The translations under genes were made by a program, and so were the position numbers. Below, piece by piece: positions 7,489-15,903 of a stretch of 64,000 nt of DNA (within the stretch, counting starts at the first letter, position 1; every line of letters begins with the position of its first letter). This DNA comes from a virus. The stretch is taken from the IMG/VR virus record IMGVR_UViG_3300045988_023748; one strand, given 5' to 3'. The notes below the pieces were generated by a model, which was given only the letters and a program-made list of their open reading frames with translations, searched no databases and had not been told where the DNA came from.

Positions 7489-7528
7489 AAGAAGACTACA
7501 GCAGTATAGTTTTATATCAAAGTCTTCT
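7489..7528 (+). repeat. conserved hairpin element, copy 3
   Basis: aagaagac tacagcag...a gtcttct. Ends 7 nt before tRNA-Thr. Confidence 0.55.
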
Positions 7529-7534
7529 GAAATT

Positions 7535-7607
7535 GCCTCCTTAGCTCAACTGGCAGAGCAATCGTCTTGTAAGCGATAGGTTATCGGTTCGATTCCGGTA
7601 GGAGGCT
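7535..7607 (+). tRNA. tRNA-Thr(UGU)
   Basis: gcctcct...aggaggc acceptor, D-arm gctc-aactggca-gagc, anticodon loop ctTGTaa, T-arm atcgg-ttcgatt-ccggt. Confidence 0.85.
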
Positions 7608-7689
7608 CGATGATAGTCTTAGGCTATTGTTAGATTATTTTTAACACACAGAGATGCTTATGAAGTTAACATGTTAATGCGAAATGTAA

Positions 7690-8070
7690 ATGAGCAGTTT
7701 TAAAGAGAAATTGAGTAAGAGTGGTCAGAGTGTACTTGATGCAAGAGCACAGAATCTGTATGAATTGACTAAAATTGAAGAAGACAGATTCGTTCAGGAC
7801 TGCAAGTTGAAAGTACTCCGTATTCAGGGAGAAATCAATAAGCATAATGATCTTGCCGTTAAATCAAGAGACTCTTTGAATCCGGGAGAGAATCTGAATC
7901 CGGCTGAATGGGTAAAAACAAGACACGAATTGGCACGTAAACTGCGTGTTGCAAAGATTGAACTTGCTCTAGCCATGCAGGTAGACGAAGAAGAATTTCC
8001 TGCTGATGCAACAGAATCCATTAATTTGGATGATGTAAAAGGAGACATTACTAACCCATTAGATAATTAA
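7690..8070 (+). CDS. hypothetical protein (126 aa)
   Basis: ORF track. Stop is 2 nt before the vWA gene. Confidence 0.45.
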   Translation: MSSFKEKLSKSGQSVLDARAQNLYELTKIEEDRFVQDCKLKVLRIQGEINKHNDLAVKSRDSLNPGENLNPAEWVKTRHELARKLRVAKIELALAMQVDEEEFPADATESINLDDVKGDITNPLDN

Positions 8071-8072
8071 TT

Positions 8073-8993
8073 ATGGGAAGTGGTGTTTACAGTAGTATTG
8101 CTTATAGCACTTTATCTGATGATAGAGGATATGCTAAAGCATCGCGTGACCAGCTCTTTAAGAACATTTCAGTAAATGCTAGTAATACAGCAGCGTCATT
8201 TAATGTAAATGCACGTAGCTTTAATACTCAAGTTAAAGCTGAAATGGTCAATGTTGGAGTTCGTGAGTGTCGTGACTCTCAAGAACATCCATACTCTACT
8301 CCGATAATCATTGCACTAGATGTTACTGGTTCAATGATGAATACTCCTTATGAAATGATTAAGAACCATTTACCTAAGATTATGGATTCTGTCATGCAAA
8401 TGGGAGTACGTGATCCTCAATTGTTGTTTATGGCAGTTGGAGACCACGAATACGATAGATATCCTATTCAGGTTGGACAGTTTGAATCTGATACTGAGAA
8501 GATTCTAAATTCATTAGAGTCCTTAGTAATAGAAGGTGGAGGTGGTGGTAATGCAGGTGAGAGCTATTTATTAGCTCACATAGTTGCAGGATATCACACT
8601 GAAACCGATTCTTGGTTCAAAAGACACACTAAAGGATTCTTGTTTACTATTGGTGATGAACCTAATCTACAAGGAATCCCAGGTAACAGTTTGACTGAAA
8701 TTCTAGGGTATCAAAAAGGTGCTGGTTCTATTAGTGCTAATGAAGCAATTCTGAAAGCACAAGAGCAGTACCATGTATTCCACATTCACATTACTAATGC
8801 CAGTTATGGCACAAGGGTGGCTGAATCTTGGAAGAATCTACTTGGACAGAATGTACTAATGTGCAAATCTGATGAAGTGGATAAAGTAATTGCTAAAGCA
8901 ATTAAAGACAATTACGAGGAGCCTGTGTATGCAGAAACTCCTAGTGATGCTTCTAGTAGTACAACTACCGAAGACAAACAAAATTTCTATTAA
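8073..8993 (+). CDS. von Willebrand factor A (vWA) domain protein
   Basis: MIDAS-like IIIALDVTGSM (DxTGS), with later T and D positions. C-terminal Ser/Thr-rich tail. Confidence 0.6.
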   Translation: MGSGVYSSIAYSTLSDDRGYAKASRDQLFKNISVNASNTAASFNVNARSFNTQVKAEMVNVGVRECRDSQEHPYSTPIIIALDVTGSMMNTPYEMIKNHLPKIMDSVMQMGVRDPQLLFMAVGDHEYDRYPIQVGQFESDTEKILNSLESLVIEGGGGGNAGESYLLAHIVAGYHTETDSWFKRHTKGFLFTIGDEPNLQGIPGNSLTEILGYQKGAGSISANEAILKAQEQYHVFHIHITNASYGTRVAESWKNLLGQNVLMCKSDEVDKVIAKAIKDNYEEPVYAETPSDASSSTTTEDKQNFY

Positions 8994-8997
8994 AATC

Positions 8998-10044
8998 ATG
9001 ATTAGTATAGTGTTAGGCTCATTTATGGGCGATGAAGGTAAGGGACAGACGGTACATAATATATGTGCTAAGAATCCAGAGAACTCACTTGTAATAAGGT
9101 TTAGTGGTGGACATCAAGTTGGCCATACTGTTAAATACGGAGACCTTATGCACACATTTAGTAACTTTGGAAGTGGAACCTTGCTAGGAGTGCCTACATA
9201 TTGGTCTGAATACTGTACTGTAGACCCAGTAACCTCTACACTTGAAGCAATGGATTTAAAGAAATTAGGTATTACTCCTAAAATTATTTATAATCCATTA
9301 TGTCAAGTCATAGTACCATTCGACGTCTATTCCCAAGTAAGTGACGTAGTAAATCTACGTCATGGTACTGTAGGGACTGGTTTTAAAACGTGTTTAGACC
9401 GAGTGAAGTCGGGGTATAATCTTATGGTTATAGATTGCTTGAATATACATATTCTTAGGGAGAAAGTTAATGCAATAGCAGACAACTATTATCACATGAA
9501 TAGTGTATATCCATCAATTGACTTGGATAATTGGTGCAGAACTGTGAATGCATATTTCAACACTGTCCAAGTAAGTACCTTAGAAGCTATATGGGAAGAT
9601 TACGACAATCTTATCTTTGAAGGTTCCCAAGGTATATTACTAGACCAAAGATTCGGAATAATGCCCCATTGCACTCCATCTAATACAACATCACAGAATG
9701 CTCATCGAATACTAAAACAAATTGGATGTAATGACACCGTTACGGTTAATTACGTTACTAGACCATACATAACGCGTCATGGTAACGGTCCGTTTCCTTC
9801 TGATAAGCCAGTTAGATCTGTTGTAGACCCCAACAACCAATTTAACGACTTTCAGAAATCTTTCCGGGCTATAGAGTTTGATCCAGTTTTGTTTAGGCAT
9901 AGTCTCAATATTGATTCTATGTTTAGCCATAACGTTCGCAAGAAGGTTATAGTTACTCATTGGGACGAAGCTACAGACAAAGATATGTTTATAAGACCTA
10001 ACTTTGAACTGTATATTTATGAAGAGTATGTAAGGGAGTCATAG
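8998..10044 (+). CDS. short adenylosuccinate-synthetase (PurA) family protein; PurZ-like candidate
   Basis: P-loop GDEGKGQ, GGHQVGHTV (cf. PurA GGHNAGHT), GTVGTGFK. About 348 aa from ATG 8998 (the track ORF opens earlier and overlaps the vWA gene). This is shorter than bacterial PurA and closer to archaeal or viral PurZ sizes. Confidence 0.55.
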   Translation: MISIVLGSFMGDEGKGQTVHNICAKNPENSLVIRFSGGHQVGHTVKYGDLMHTFSNFGSGTLLGVPTYWSEYCTVDPVTSTLEAMDLKKLGITPKIIYNPLCQVIVPFDVYSQVSDVVNLRHGTVGTGFKTCLDRVKSGYNLMVIDCLNIHILREKVNAIADNYYHMNSVYPSIDLDNWCRTVNAYFNTVQVSTLEAIWEDYDNLIFEGSQGILLDQRFGIMPHCTPSNTTSQNAHRILKQIGCNDTVTVNYVTRPYITRHGNGPFPSDKPVRSVVDPNNQFNDFQKSFRAIEFDPVLFRHSLNIDSMFSHNVRKKVIVTHWDEATDKDMFIRPNFELYIYEEYVRES

Positions 10045-10059
10045 TATTCCCTTAGTAAT

Positions 10060-10130
10060 TGGACTATGGTGTAACGGCAGCACAACAGGTTTTGGTTCTG
10101 TTTGTCCAGGTTCGAATCCTGGTGGTCCAA
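10060..10130 (+). tRNA. tRNA-Gln(UUG)
   Basis: U1-A72 acceptor tggacta/tggtcca, anticodon arm acagg-ttTTGgt-tctgt, T-arm ccagg-ttcgaat-cctgg. Confidence 0.8.
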
Positions 10131-10212
10131 CTACTAATTATGATTTTAATATGTTAATGAGTTTGTTATTAATAAGACCTTACTATTAATTGTGTTAGTC
10201 TTAAAGAATTAA

Positions 10213-10286
10213 GGGCTCATAGCTCAATTGGTTAGAGCAAAACACTCATAATGTTGAGGTTGTCAGTTCAAGTCTGGCTGGGCCCA
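10213..10286 (+). tRNA. tRNA with CAU anticodon (elongator Met or Ile2-type)
   Basis: gggctca/tgggccc acceptor, gctc-aattggtta-gagc, loop ctCATaa, T-arm gtcag-ttcaagt-ctggc. Confidence 0.8.
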
Positions 10287-10310
10287 CACAATTGATGATA
10301 AGAATCTTTT

Positions 10311-10577
10311 ATGAGGAAGGTAGTAGGTAGCATTGACGGCTACGATGTCATTTATGTGGAAGGCAAGAATGTAATATTCTGTAAGAATACTGCATTACCC
10401 TACCCATTGATTAAAAGTATTATTAGGGGAAGTGAATGTAGAACCACAATTGATGATAAGAATCTTACCATCACTCAAGATGGTTCAATCATTCAATTAG
10501 GTTGTTTAACTACAACCAGAGAGAATTGCGAGGCAATTATTAAGGAAGTAAATAAGATTAATAAACCTAACAAGTAA
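10311..10577 (+). CDS. hypothetical protein (88 aa)
   Basis: ORF track. Its stop overlaps the next start (TAATG). Confidence 0.4.
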   Translation: MRKVVGSIDGYDVIYVEGKNVIFCKNTALPYPLIKSIIRGSECRTTIDDKNLTITQDGSIIQLGCLTTTRENCEAIIKEVNKINKPNK

Positions 10578-12016
10578 TGGCGAAGAACATTATTCCGCAA
10601 GGAACCACCGCTGCTATAGCAGCTAGAGTTAACAAGTACGAGGAATCTCAGAAACAGAGAATCATCGAAGTGTGCCAAAGTAATATGAAGTATGCAGACG
10701 TTCTGGGCTTCATTGAAGGCGAAATCAAGCAGTCTAAGAAGATGGCATCATTCAAGTACACACTCCTATGTTGGAAACCAGATGGCGTGTATCAGCTGAA
10801 TAGAGCTATCAATGAAGTGTTTGGTTCTGCTGTTAGTAAGGAGGATAAGAGTCCTTCCGGCAACAGTAATATTGACACCGTAGATGTTATCTTAGCTGAT
10901 GGCTCTCGTACTAAAGTACCTTTTGGTAAAATCTCTTTGGAAGAACTTGGTGAGGATTCTGAAATCAATATTAACTATGACAACGACCGTCATTTACTAT
11001 TGGTTAAAGGTCAGTGCCAATTCAAGTACCAATCTCTTATTGATGATATTGTTGAAAGAACTAAAGAATTGCTCGCAACTGAATCTATCTATAAGAACCA
11101 GGCACTTGAAATTACCAATCTGAGTGAACCGAAGATTATGACTCTAGCCGGTATCGATAAGCAGTTTATGGTTCTGTCAAAGAAGACAGAATTTGAGCTG
11201 CAACCGCTTCGTTCAAGAATCTTGTACCCAGAGAAATGTATTGCAAAGGGTATTCCTTTGAAGTATGGCTGCTTACTGGAAGGTAAATATGGTACTGGTA
11301 AGACCCTACTGGCATTTAAACTGGCCAAAGATGCGGTAAACAACGGATGGTCATTCGTATATCTAAAAGACCCTTCTCTGTTGGCTGAAACTCTCCGTAT
11401 GTGTAAAGTGGTAGACCGTTCAGGTCATGGTGTTATTGTCTTTGTAGAGGATATTGACCAGGTAACTAGAGGTAACAGAGATTCTGCAATGCAGGATATT
11501 CTGAATACTTTGGATGGTGGCGATACCAAAGATATGAACGTAATCACTTTATTTACTACTAATCATATTGAGCTGATTGAACCTACCTTCTTAAGAGGTA
11601 AAAGAATTGGTTCTGTGATTACTATGGATTGTCTTGATGCTGAGACAGCTGAAAGGTTTATTCGTGAAACATTCTCCGAAGCTGAAGGTTATAGCGTAGA
11701 CGACGACTTGTCAGATGTATGTAACTACATTGCTAAGGCACAGATTGCTCCGGCATTTATGGCTGAAATTGTAGAATCTACTAAGTCTAAGCTTATCTTT
11801 ACTGAGGAGACCCATGTAACATCGTTCCATATTAAAACCAGTGTTGAATCCTATCAACGTCAAGTTGGTCTTGCTTCTAAGAAAGCTATTATCGAAACTC
11901 CTGCTGATAAATTAGCCGCTGGGTTAATAGGATTGCTCGGAGCTGATAAGATTGAAACGACGTTAAAGATGTGTGAAACTTATTTCGAATATAGTCGTAA
12001 CGACTTTAAGGATTAA
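10577..12016 (+). CDS. classic AAA ATPase (Cdc48/FtsH-type P-loop) with ~230-aa N-terminal domain
   Basis: Walker A GKYGTGKTLLAFKLA, Walker B IVFVEDID, sensor/arginine-finger-like region TNHIELIEPTFLRGKRIG. Confidence 0.6.
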   Translation: MAKNIIPQGTTAAIAARVNKYEESQKQRIIEVCQSNMKYADVLGFIEGEIKQSKKMASFKYTLLCWKPDGVYQLNRAINEVFGSAVSKEDKSPSGNSNIDTVDVILADGSRTKVPFGKISLEELGEDSEININYDNDRHLLLVKGQCQFKYQSLIDDIVERTKELLATESIYKNQALEITNLSEPKIMTLAGIDKQFMVLSKKTEFELQPLRSRILYPEKCIAKGIPLKYGCLLEGKYGTGKTLLAFKLAKDAVNNGWSFVYLKDPSLLAETLRMCKVVDRSGHGVIVFVEDIDQVTRGNRDSAMQDILNTLDGGDTKDMNVITLFTTNHIELIEPTFLRGKRIGSVITMDCLDAETAERFIRETFSEAEGYSVDDDLSDVCNYIAKAQIAPAFMAEIVESTKSKLIFTEETHVTSFHIKTSVESYQRQVGLASKKAIIETPADKLAAGLIGLLGADKIETTLKMCETYFEYSRNDFKD

Positions 12017-12046
12017 CACTGACTTTGGGTTAAAACTAGAAAGGGA

Positions 12047-12289
12047 GTGGCAACACTCCTCTTTCTTTTATTTATAATGAAGTATCTAATAGTTATTTTA
12101 TTTATGTTGCTATGTAGTCCTAGTAATGATGCTAGAGACTTTCATGTTAGCGTAGTTGGAGAAGAGAGAGTAATTGAGTTTGAGAATAAATTCCCTCAAA
12201 TAGTTAAGAATGAAGCTGTATATATAGCATATCTTCAGCAATACTACAAGGGGAATGAAGATGAGTTCATTAAATTATTAAAACGGTAA
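12047..12289 (+). CDS. small secreted/membrane protein (80 aa)
   Basis: N-terminal hydrophobic signal-like segment. Confidence 0.4.
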   Translation: MATLLFLLFIMKYLIVILFMLLCSPSNDARDFHVSVVGEERVIEFENKFPQIVKNEAVYIAYLQQYYKGNEDEFIKLLKR

Positions 12290-12290
12290 T

Positions 12291-12371
12291 GGGGTAGTGG
12301 TGGAATGGTAGACACGTCAGTTTTAGGCACTGATGCCTTCGGGTGTGAGAGTTCGAGTCTCTCCTACCCTA
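12291..12371 (+). tRNA. tRNA-Leu(UAG), type II
   Basis: 81 nt. 3-bp D-stem gtg/cac with long D-loop, anticodon arm tcagt-ttTAGgc-actga, variable hairpin gcc-ttcg-ggt, T-arm gagag-ttcgagt-ctctc. Confidence 0.8.
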
Positions 12372-12402
12372 CTAGAGTAGTAACTTTAAAACTTATTTAA
12401 TT

Positions 12403-12570
12403 ATGGCAGATAATTTGAAAGAAATCTTTGAAGAAGCAGGTGAGTTTGCTGAAGCAAATAATAACAAGCTTACATTAGCCGATGCAGTGGTATTGATTGC
12501 TGAAGCATATGAATTAGGACTGAATACAGCAACGCAATTATTAAGTGTAAAAGATGCCAACAATAATTGA
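12403..12570 (+). CDS. small acidic protein (55 aa), not in ORF track
   Basis: ATG 12403 to TGA 12568-70, read directly from the sequence. The overlapping minus-strand track ORF looks like an antisense artefact. Confidence 0.35.
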   Translation: MADNLKEIFEEAGEFAEANNNKLTLADAVVLIAEAYELGLNTATQLLSVKDANNN

Positions 12571-13027
12571 CTTAAGACCTGAAATTGAAAAGGTTTCAGG
12601 AAGGATTGCAATAGTAGCTTTGTTAATACTATGTTTATGTATTAAAGTATATACTACTCAGTTCTGGCATGATATGAATGTTGACCACAGAGTTAAATGC
12701 AAAGTCATAGACAGAATAGTAGAGGATGAAACTATTACACAAGATGGTAATTCTACTACTAAGAAGGTAAATAAACTTGTATTACAAGCTGAAGGGTTTA
12801 ATAACACATTTAAGCTAGCCGTAGACACTCCAACCTGGAATAGGGCTATTATTAATGGTGTTAAGAATACATTCTATTTTAATATATCTAGAACCGAGTA
12901 CGGACCTTGGCACAATCAGCTTATATGTGTACTCTTACTCTTAGTAACTGGAAGTAGTGGCTGTTCGTTCATAGTGTATAGTGTGCGTTATATAACTAGT
13001 ATAATAAGTCATAACAATGGTAAATAA
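12554..13027 (+). CDS. membrane protein (157 aa)
   Basis: Two hydrophobic segments. Confidence 0.4.
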   Translation: MPTIIDLRPEIEKVSGRIAIVALLILCLCIKVYTTQFWHDMNVDHRVKCKVIDRIVEDETITQDGNSTTKKVNKLVLQAEGFNNTFKLAVDTPTWNRAIINGVKNTFYFNISRTEYGPWHNQLICVLLLLVTGSSGCSFIVYSVRYITSIISHNNGK

Positions 13028-13820
13028 TTTGAATGCGGAAGCTCTACGTAATGCCCTAGTAGTTGCTTCTATGGAGTATTGTAAGAAATACTTGGAAGGG
13101 CAGAATGTCGATAAGACAGAAGATATTAAAGCTCAGATTGCTAAGCTGGAAGCTAATGGATTAGGTAGAACTAAGAATGCTGAAGTACTTCGTACTCTAT
13201 TAACTGCTAAAGGTTCTAGTAAATCTAGAGATGAAATTGCCTCTCTTATTGACAGAATCAAGAAAGTTAGTCCCTCTTGTATGATAGTTCCTTATGATGA
13301 TTTCTTTAAAGTATTGAAGAAGTACAACTTAGCTTGTGGTCCCATTTCAACTTATAAGGGAGTTATCCCTGAAGAGAACATTGAAGCTATTGTAAAGGCC
13401 GGAGAGGAATTGCGTAAAATAAGGAATATTAATAACATGCAATGGGTTCCTAGAATAGATATAGATTCCGATATGCCAAAGAGTATAGTAAATGAAATCG
13501 TTGAATACTTCTCAAGATTCCCGTTTGTAGTGGACGATATCTCTTCTGGATGGCAATATATGCGTGCTATAGGACACCCAGAAGTTGAGGACAGTGTAAG
13601 CTTCAGTCCACTTACCTTAAATGACAGTGACTGGTGTATAGCAGCTCCCTATGATACTATGACAGATAATATAACTATCAGAATGTATTCAGGTAAAGAA
13701 GAGGCTAGAAAACGTCAGCTTGAGGATCCAATTGTCTTTAAGGCAAATGAAATAGGAGCAATTATTGCTACTATGTGGGATACTGAAGCTAAGGATAGCA
13801 TCTTTGATAAATATCGTTAA
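13017..13820 (+). CDS. hypothetical protein, paralog A (267 aa)
   Basis: Shares blocks with 17543..18364 (DDFFKVLKKYNLACGPISTYKGVIPEENIEAI vs EEDFINLNVKYGLVSGPLSYYKGDIPEDNLDEI; tails ...W..EA.D.IFD). Confidence 0.5.
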   Translation: MVNNLNAEALRNALVVASMEYCKKYLEGQNVDKTEDIKAQIAKLEANGLGRTKNAEVLRTLLTAKGSSKSRDEIASLIDRIKKVSPSCMIVPYDDFFKVLKKYNLACGPISTYKGVIPEENIEAIVKAGEELRKIRNINNMQWVPRIDIDSDMPKSIVNEIVEYFSRFPFVVDDISSGWQYMRAIGHPEVEDSVSFSPLTLNDSDWCIAAPYDTMTDNITIRMYSGKEEARKRQLEDPIVFKANEIGAIIATMWDTEAKDSIFDKYR

Positions 13821-13831
13821 CTTATGAATCC

Positions 13832-13939
13832 ATAAGAACATAAAGAGACAAAGCCAGACTAGCTAGCAACGAGGCGAACGGGAGGTATTAAGGTTACATC
13901 AGTGATGATGTAGACACGATGAGCTTTATGTTCTTATTA
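13832..13939 (+). ncRNA. long-range inverted repeat (14-bp stem ataagaacataaag / ctttatgttcttat) enclosing ~80 nt, immediately upstream of a tRNA
   Basis: Perfect 14-bp complementarity between 13832-13845 and 13926-13939. No ORF. Confidence 0.4.
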
Positions 13940-13941
13940 AT

Positions 13942-14016
13942 GGCGACATAGCTCATTTTGGTTAGAGCGTGATACTCATAATATCAAGGTTGGGTGTTCG
14001 AGTCACCTTCTCGCCA
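13942..14016 (+). tRNA. second CAU-anticodon tRNA (Met/Ile2)
   Basis: ggcgaca/tctcgcc acceptor (one C-C mismatch), anticodon arm tgata-ctCATaa-tatca, T-arm gggtg-ttcgagt-cacct. Confidence 0.75.
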
Positions 14017-14041
14017 CATTACTAATTAATACTTAAAGATT

Positions 14042-14443
14042 ATGTACGTAAAGTTTGTAAAAGACGATAAGACAATAGAGGAAGTATCAATCTCATCAGA
14101 GATGATTCCATTCCCTACAGACACAGTGGTGCTAGAAGCTGGCAAATTTACTGTAGAATCCAGAGAGTATGATATACTTGATGGAACTTGTACAGTTATC
14201 CTGGACCAGCAAATCACTTGGACAGAACATCCTCAAGAGTATAATGATGCAATGCTTGCATACAAGAAGCGTTGGAATAATACAATTGATTTGTCATGTG
14301 AAGACTTTTTTAAGATGAAGCAGCTTGTGCAGAGGGGTACCAAACTACAAGCAGTTAAGCATGTAAAGGAGTCTACCAAATGCGGTTTGAAAGAAGCCAA
14401 AGATTTTGTTGATACTTATTGTGATTATGTATTAAATGACTAG
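14042..14443 (+). CDS. protein with ribosomal L7/L12 C-terminal-domain-like segment
   Basis: C-terminus QAVKHVKESTKCGLKEAKDFVDTY resembles the bL12 CTD motif (...GLGLKEAKDLVE...). Confidence 0.5.
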   Translation: MYVKFVKDDKTIEEVSISSEMIPFPTDTVVLEAGKFTVESREYDILDGTCTVILDQQITWTEHPQEYNDAMLAYKKRWNNTIDLSCEDFFKMKQLVQRGTKLQAVKHVKESTKCGLKEAKDFVDTYCDYVLND

Positions 14444-14705
14444 AAGTAGACGTAAAATTCCTATTGTTAAAGGACCTAAAGTTAAACGCAATTGGTATAA
14501 CCGAAGGGTTAAGAGACACCAAAGGCAACAGACTAGAGATATTCTAACACTTAAAGATATCCTAGACTATGAGATTTCTTCTAGTAGGGAGATTGTGAAC
14601 GATTATGATGTATGTGATTATAAATTCGATTATAGGTTTCTAACTCCGTTTATGAAGAGACATGGTTCCTATGGTGAATATGCAAAGAAAGTATTAAGGA
14701 AATGA
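14436..14705 (+). CDS. small highly basic protein (89 aa)
   Basis: N-terminus MTRSRRKIPIVKGPKVKRNWYNRRVKRHQRQQTRD. Start overlaps the previous stop. Confidence 0.45.
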   Translation: MTRSRRKIPIVKGPKVKRNWYNRRVKRHQRQQTRDILTLKDILDYEISSSREIVNDYDVCDYKFDYRFLTPFMKRHGSYGEYAKKVLRK

Positions 14706-14766
14706 AATGGTTGTATCGTCTATTAATCAATTGGATTGATAGATTAAATGAAGAGCAGTGTGAAAT

Positions 14767-14928
14767 ATGATGGTTTTAAGATGTGTATTGGTAACTTTAG
14801 CTGCAATGTCCCTAGGAAGTGCAGTTCTAGCAATGATATGGAATGCCAATGATAAATTCATTAAAGTAATGTTCTCCATATCAATGGTAACTACAATAAT
14901 GTTACTTCTTCTTGCATGTATTGTATAA
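14767..14928 (+). CDS. small membrane protein (~53 aa), not in ORF track
   Basis: ATGATGGTTTTAAGATGTGTA... encodes two hydrophobic helices, read manually. Confidence 0.3.
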   Translation: MMVLRCVLVTLAAMSLGSAVLAMIWNANDKFIKVMFSISMVTTIMLLLLACIV

Positions 14929-14935
14929 TAAGGAT

Positions 14936-15020
14936 GGCGCAGTGTCGGAACTGGTATACGAAACGCACTTAAAATGCGTTGCCCTTTATGGGATTGAGGG
15001 TTCGATTCCCTTCTGCGTCA
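14936..15020 (+). tRNA. tRNA-Leu(UAA), type II
   Basis: 85 nt. ggcgcag/ctgcgtc acceptor, anticodon arm acgca-ctTAAaa-tgcgt, variable hairpin ccc-tttat-ggg, T-arm gaggg-ttcgatt-ccctt. Confidence 0.75.
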
Positions 15021-15039
15021 CAGATGTATCTAAGCTCTG

Positions 15040-15082
15040 GTGGGCAGAAGTGCTCGTGCGGGTTCGACTCCCGTTCTGGCCA
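15040..15082 (+). pseudogene. tRNA 3' fragment (T-arm gcggg-ttcgact-cccgt plus acceptor tctggcc) lacking a 5' half
   Basis: Only ~45 nt separate it from the preceding tRNA, and there is no complementary acceptor strand. Confidence 0.35.
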
Positions 15083-15100
15083 CAATTAAAATTATGTTGT

Positions 15101-15259
15101 ATGCATCAGTGTGATTATTGTTGTTGGTATAATCCAGCAGGGTATTGTGATTGTCCGTTAGTAATGAGAAAGAAGGCTTGTAAGTCTGCTATCAAGACTA
15201 AAGAAAGGACTGAAAATAAGGTAGTAACGTCTAAAGCAGTTAATAATGAAGATTTATGA
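15101..15259 (+). CDS. small Cys-rich protein (52 aa); N-terminal part of track ORF 14912..15259 is spurious (covers tRNAs)
   Basis: MHQCDYCCWYNPAGYCDCPLVMRKKACK... Confidence 0.3.
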   Translation: MHQCDYCCWYNPAGYCDCPLVMRKKACKSAIKTKERTENKVVTSKAVNNEDL

Positions 15260-15743
15260 ATTTCTAAGAAAGGTTACTAAAATTGAATTGTCACAAGTCA
15301 AATATGTATTCGGTGACTGGGATTTAGCTTTAGAGGAATACGTCAATAAATGTGAAAGGCATCGTGCGCCCAATGTAATGGCATTATTAAAACTGTCATC
15401 TACATTGGGCGAACTTGTTGATTTATACAGAGGTCTTGAACTTAAGAGATATCCCATTCCAGAAGCCGAGCTAGAGGCTAAGAAACAACGATATGACACT
15501 TTAATGGAATATTGTTTATGTGGCAATGGAGGACATTTATCTATGTTTGAGAGAATAACTAACGGTTCTAGAATGGAACAGAGATTAAACTTTATTTACG
15601 AAATGCAATTAATGGCTAATGCTATACAAGGTAAAGATGTTGGCAGAAGGAAACTCCTTCGTAACTTCAGAGAAGGGAAATTCCATGACTCCTCTAATCA
15701 AATCGGGACAAAAGCATGTCTTAAGTCCAGTAACCCTAGATAA
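15246..15743 (+). CDS. hypothetical protein (165 aa)
   Basis: ORF track. Overlaps the next ORF by ~125 nt in another frame. Confidence 0.4.
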   Translation: MKIYEFLRKVTKIELSQVKYVFGDWDLALEEYVNKCERHRAPNVMALLKLSSTLGELVDLYRGLELKRYPIPEAELEAKKQRYDTLMEYCLCGNGGHLSMFERITNGSRMEQRLNFIYEMQLMANAIQGKDVGRRKLLRNFREGKFHDSSNQIGTKACLKSSNPR

Positions 15744-15903
15744 AGTAGAAGTGGGAGATATTGTCTTTTGTAAAGTTAAAGGTAGATACTATACTCACTT
15801 AGTCAAAGCTAAGGGAGATAGAGGAGTCCTTATAGGCAACAATCATGGTAAGATTAATGGATGGACTAAATCCGTGTTTGGCAAAGTGACTAAAATATTG
15901 TAA
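15619..15903 (+). CDS. S24 (LexA/UmuD)-like peptidase domain protein
   Basis: GNSMTPLIKSGQKHVLSPV...VGDIVFCKVKGRYYTHLVKAKG matches the S24 GDSM...GD...K architecture. Confidence 0.5.
   Translation: MLYKVKMLAEGNSFVTSEKGNSMTPLIKSGQKHVLSPVTLDKVEVGDIVFCKVKGRYYTHLVKAKGDRGVLIGNNHGKINGWTKSVFGKVTKIL

Noticed and set aside
14912-15259. Track ORF 14912..15259 as one protein
   Set aside because: Its first 170 nt are occupied by tRNA-Leu(UAA) and a tRNA fragment. Only the distal Cys-rich part (from ATG 15101) is kept as a tentative small CDS.
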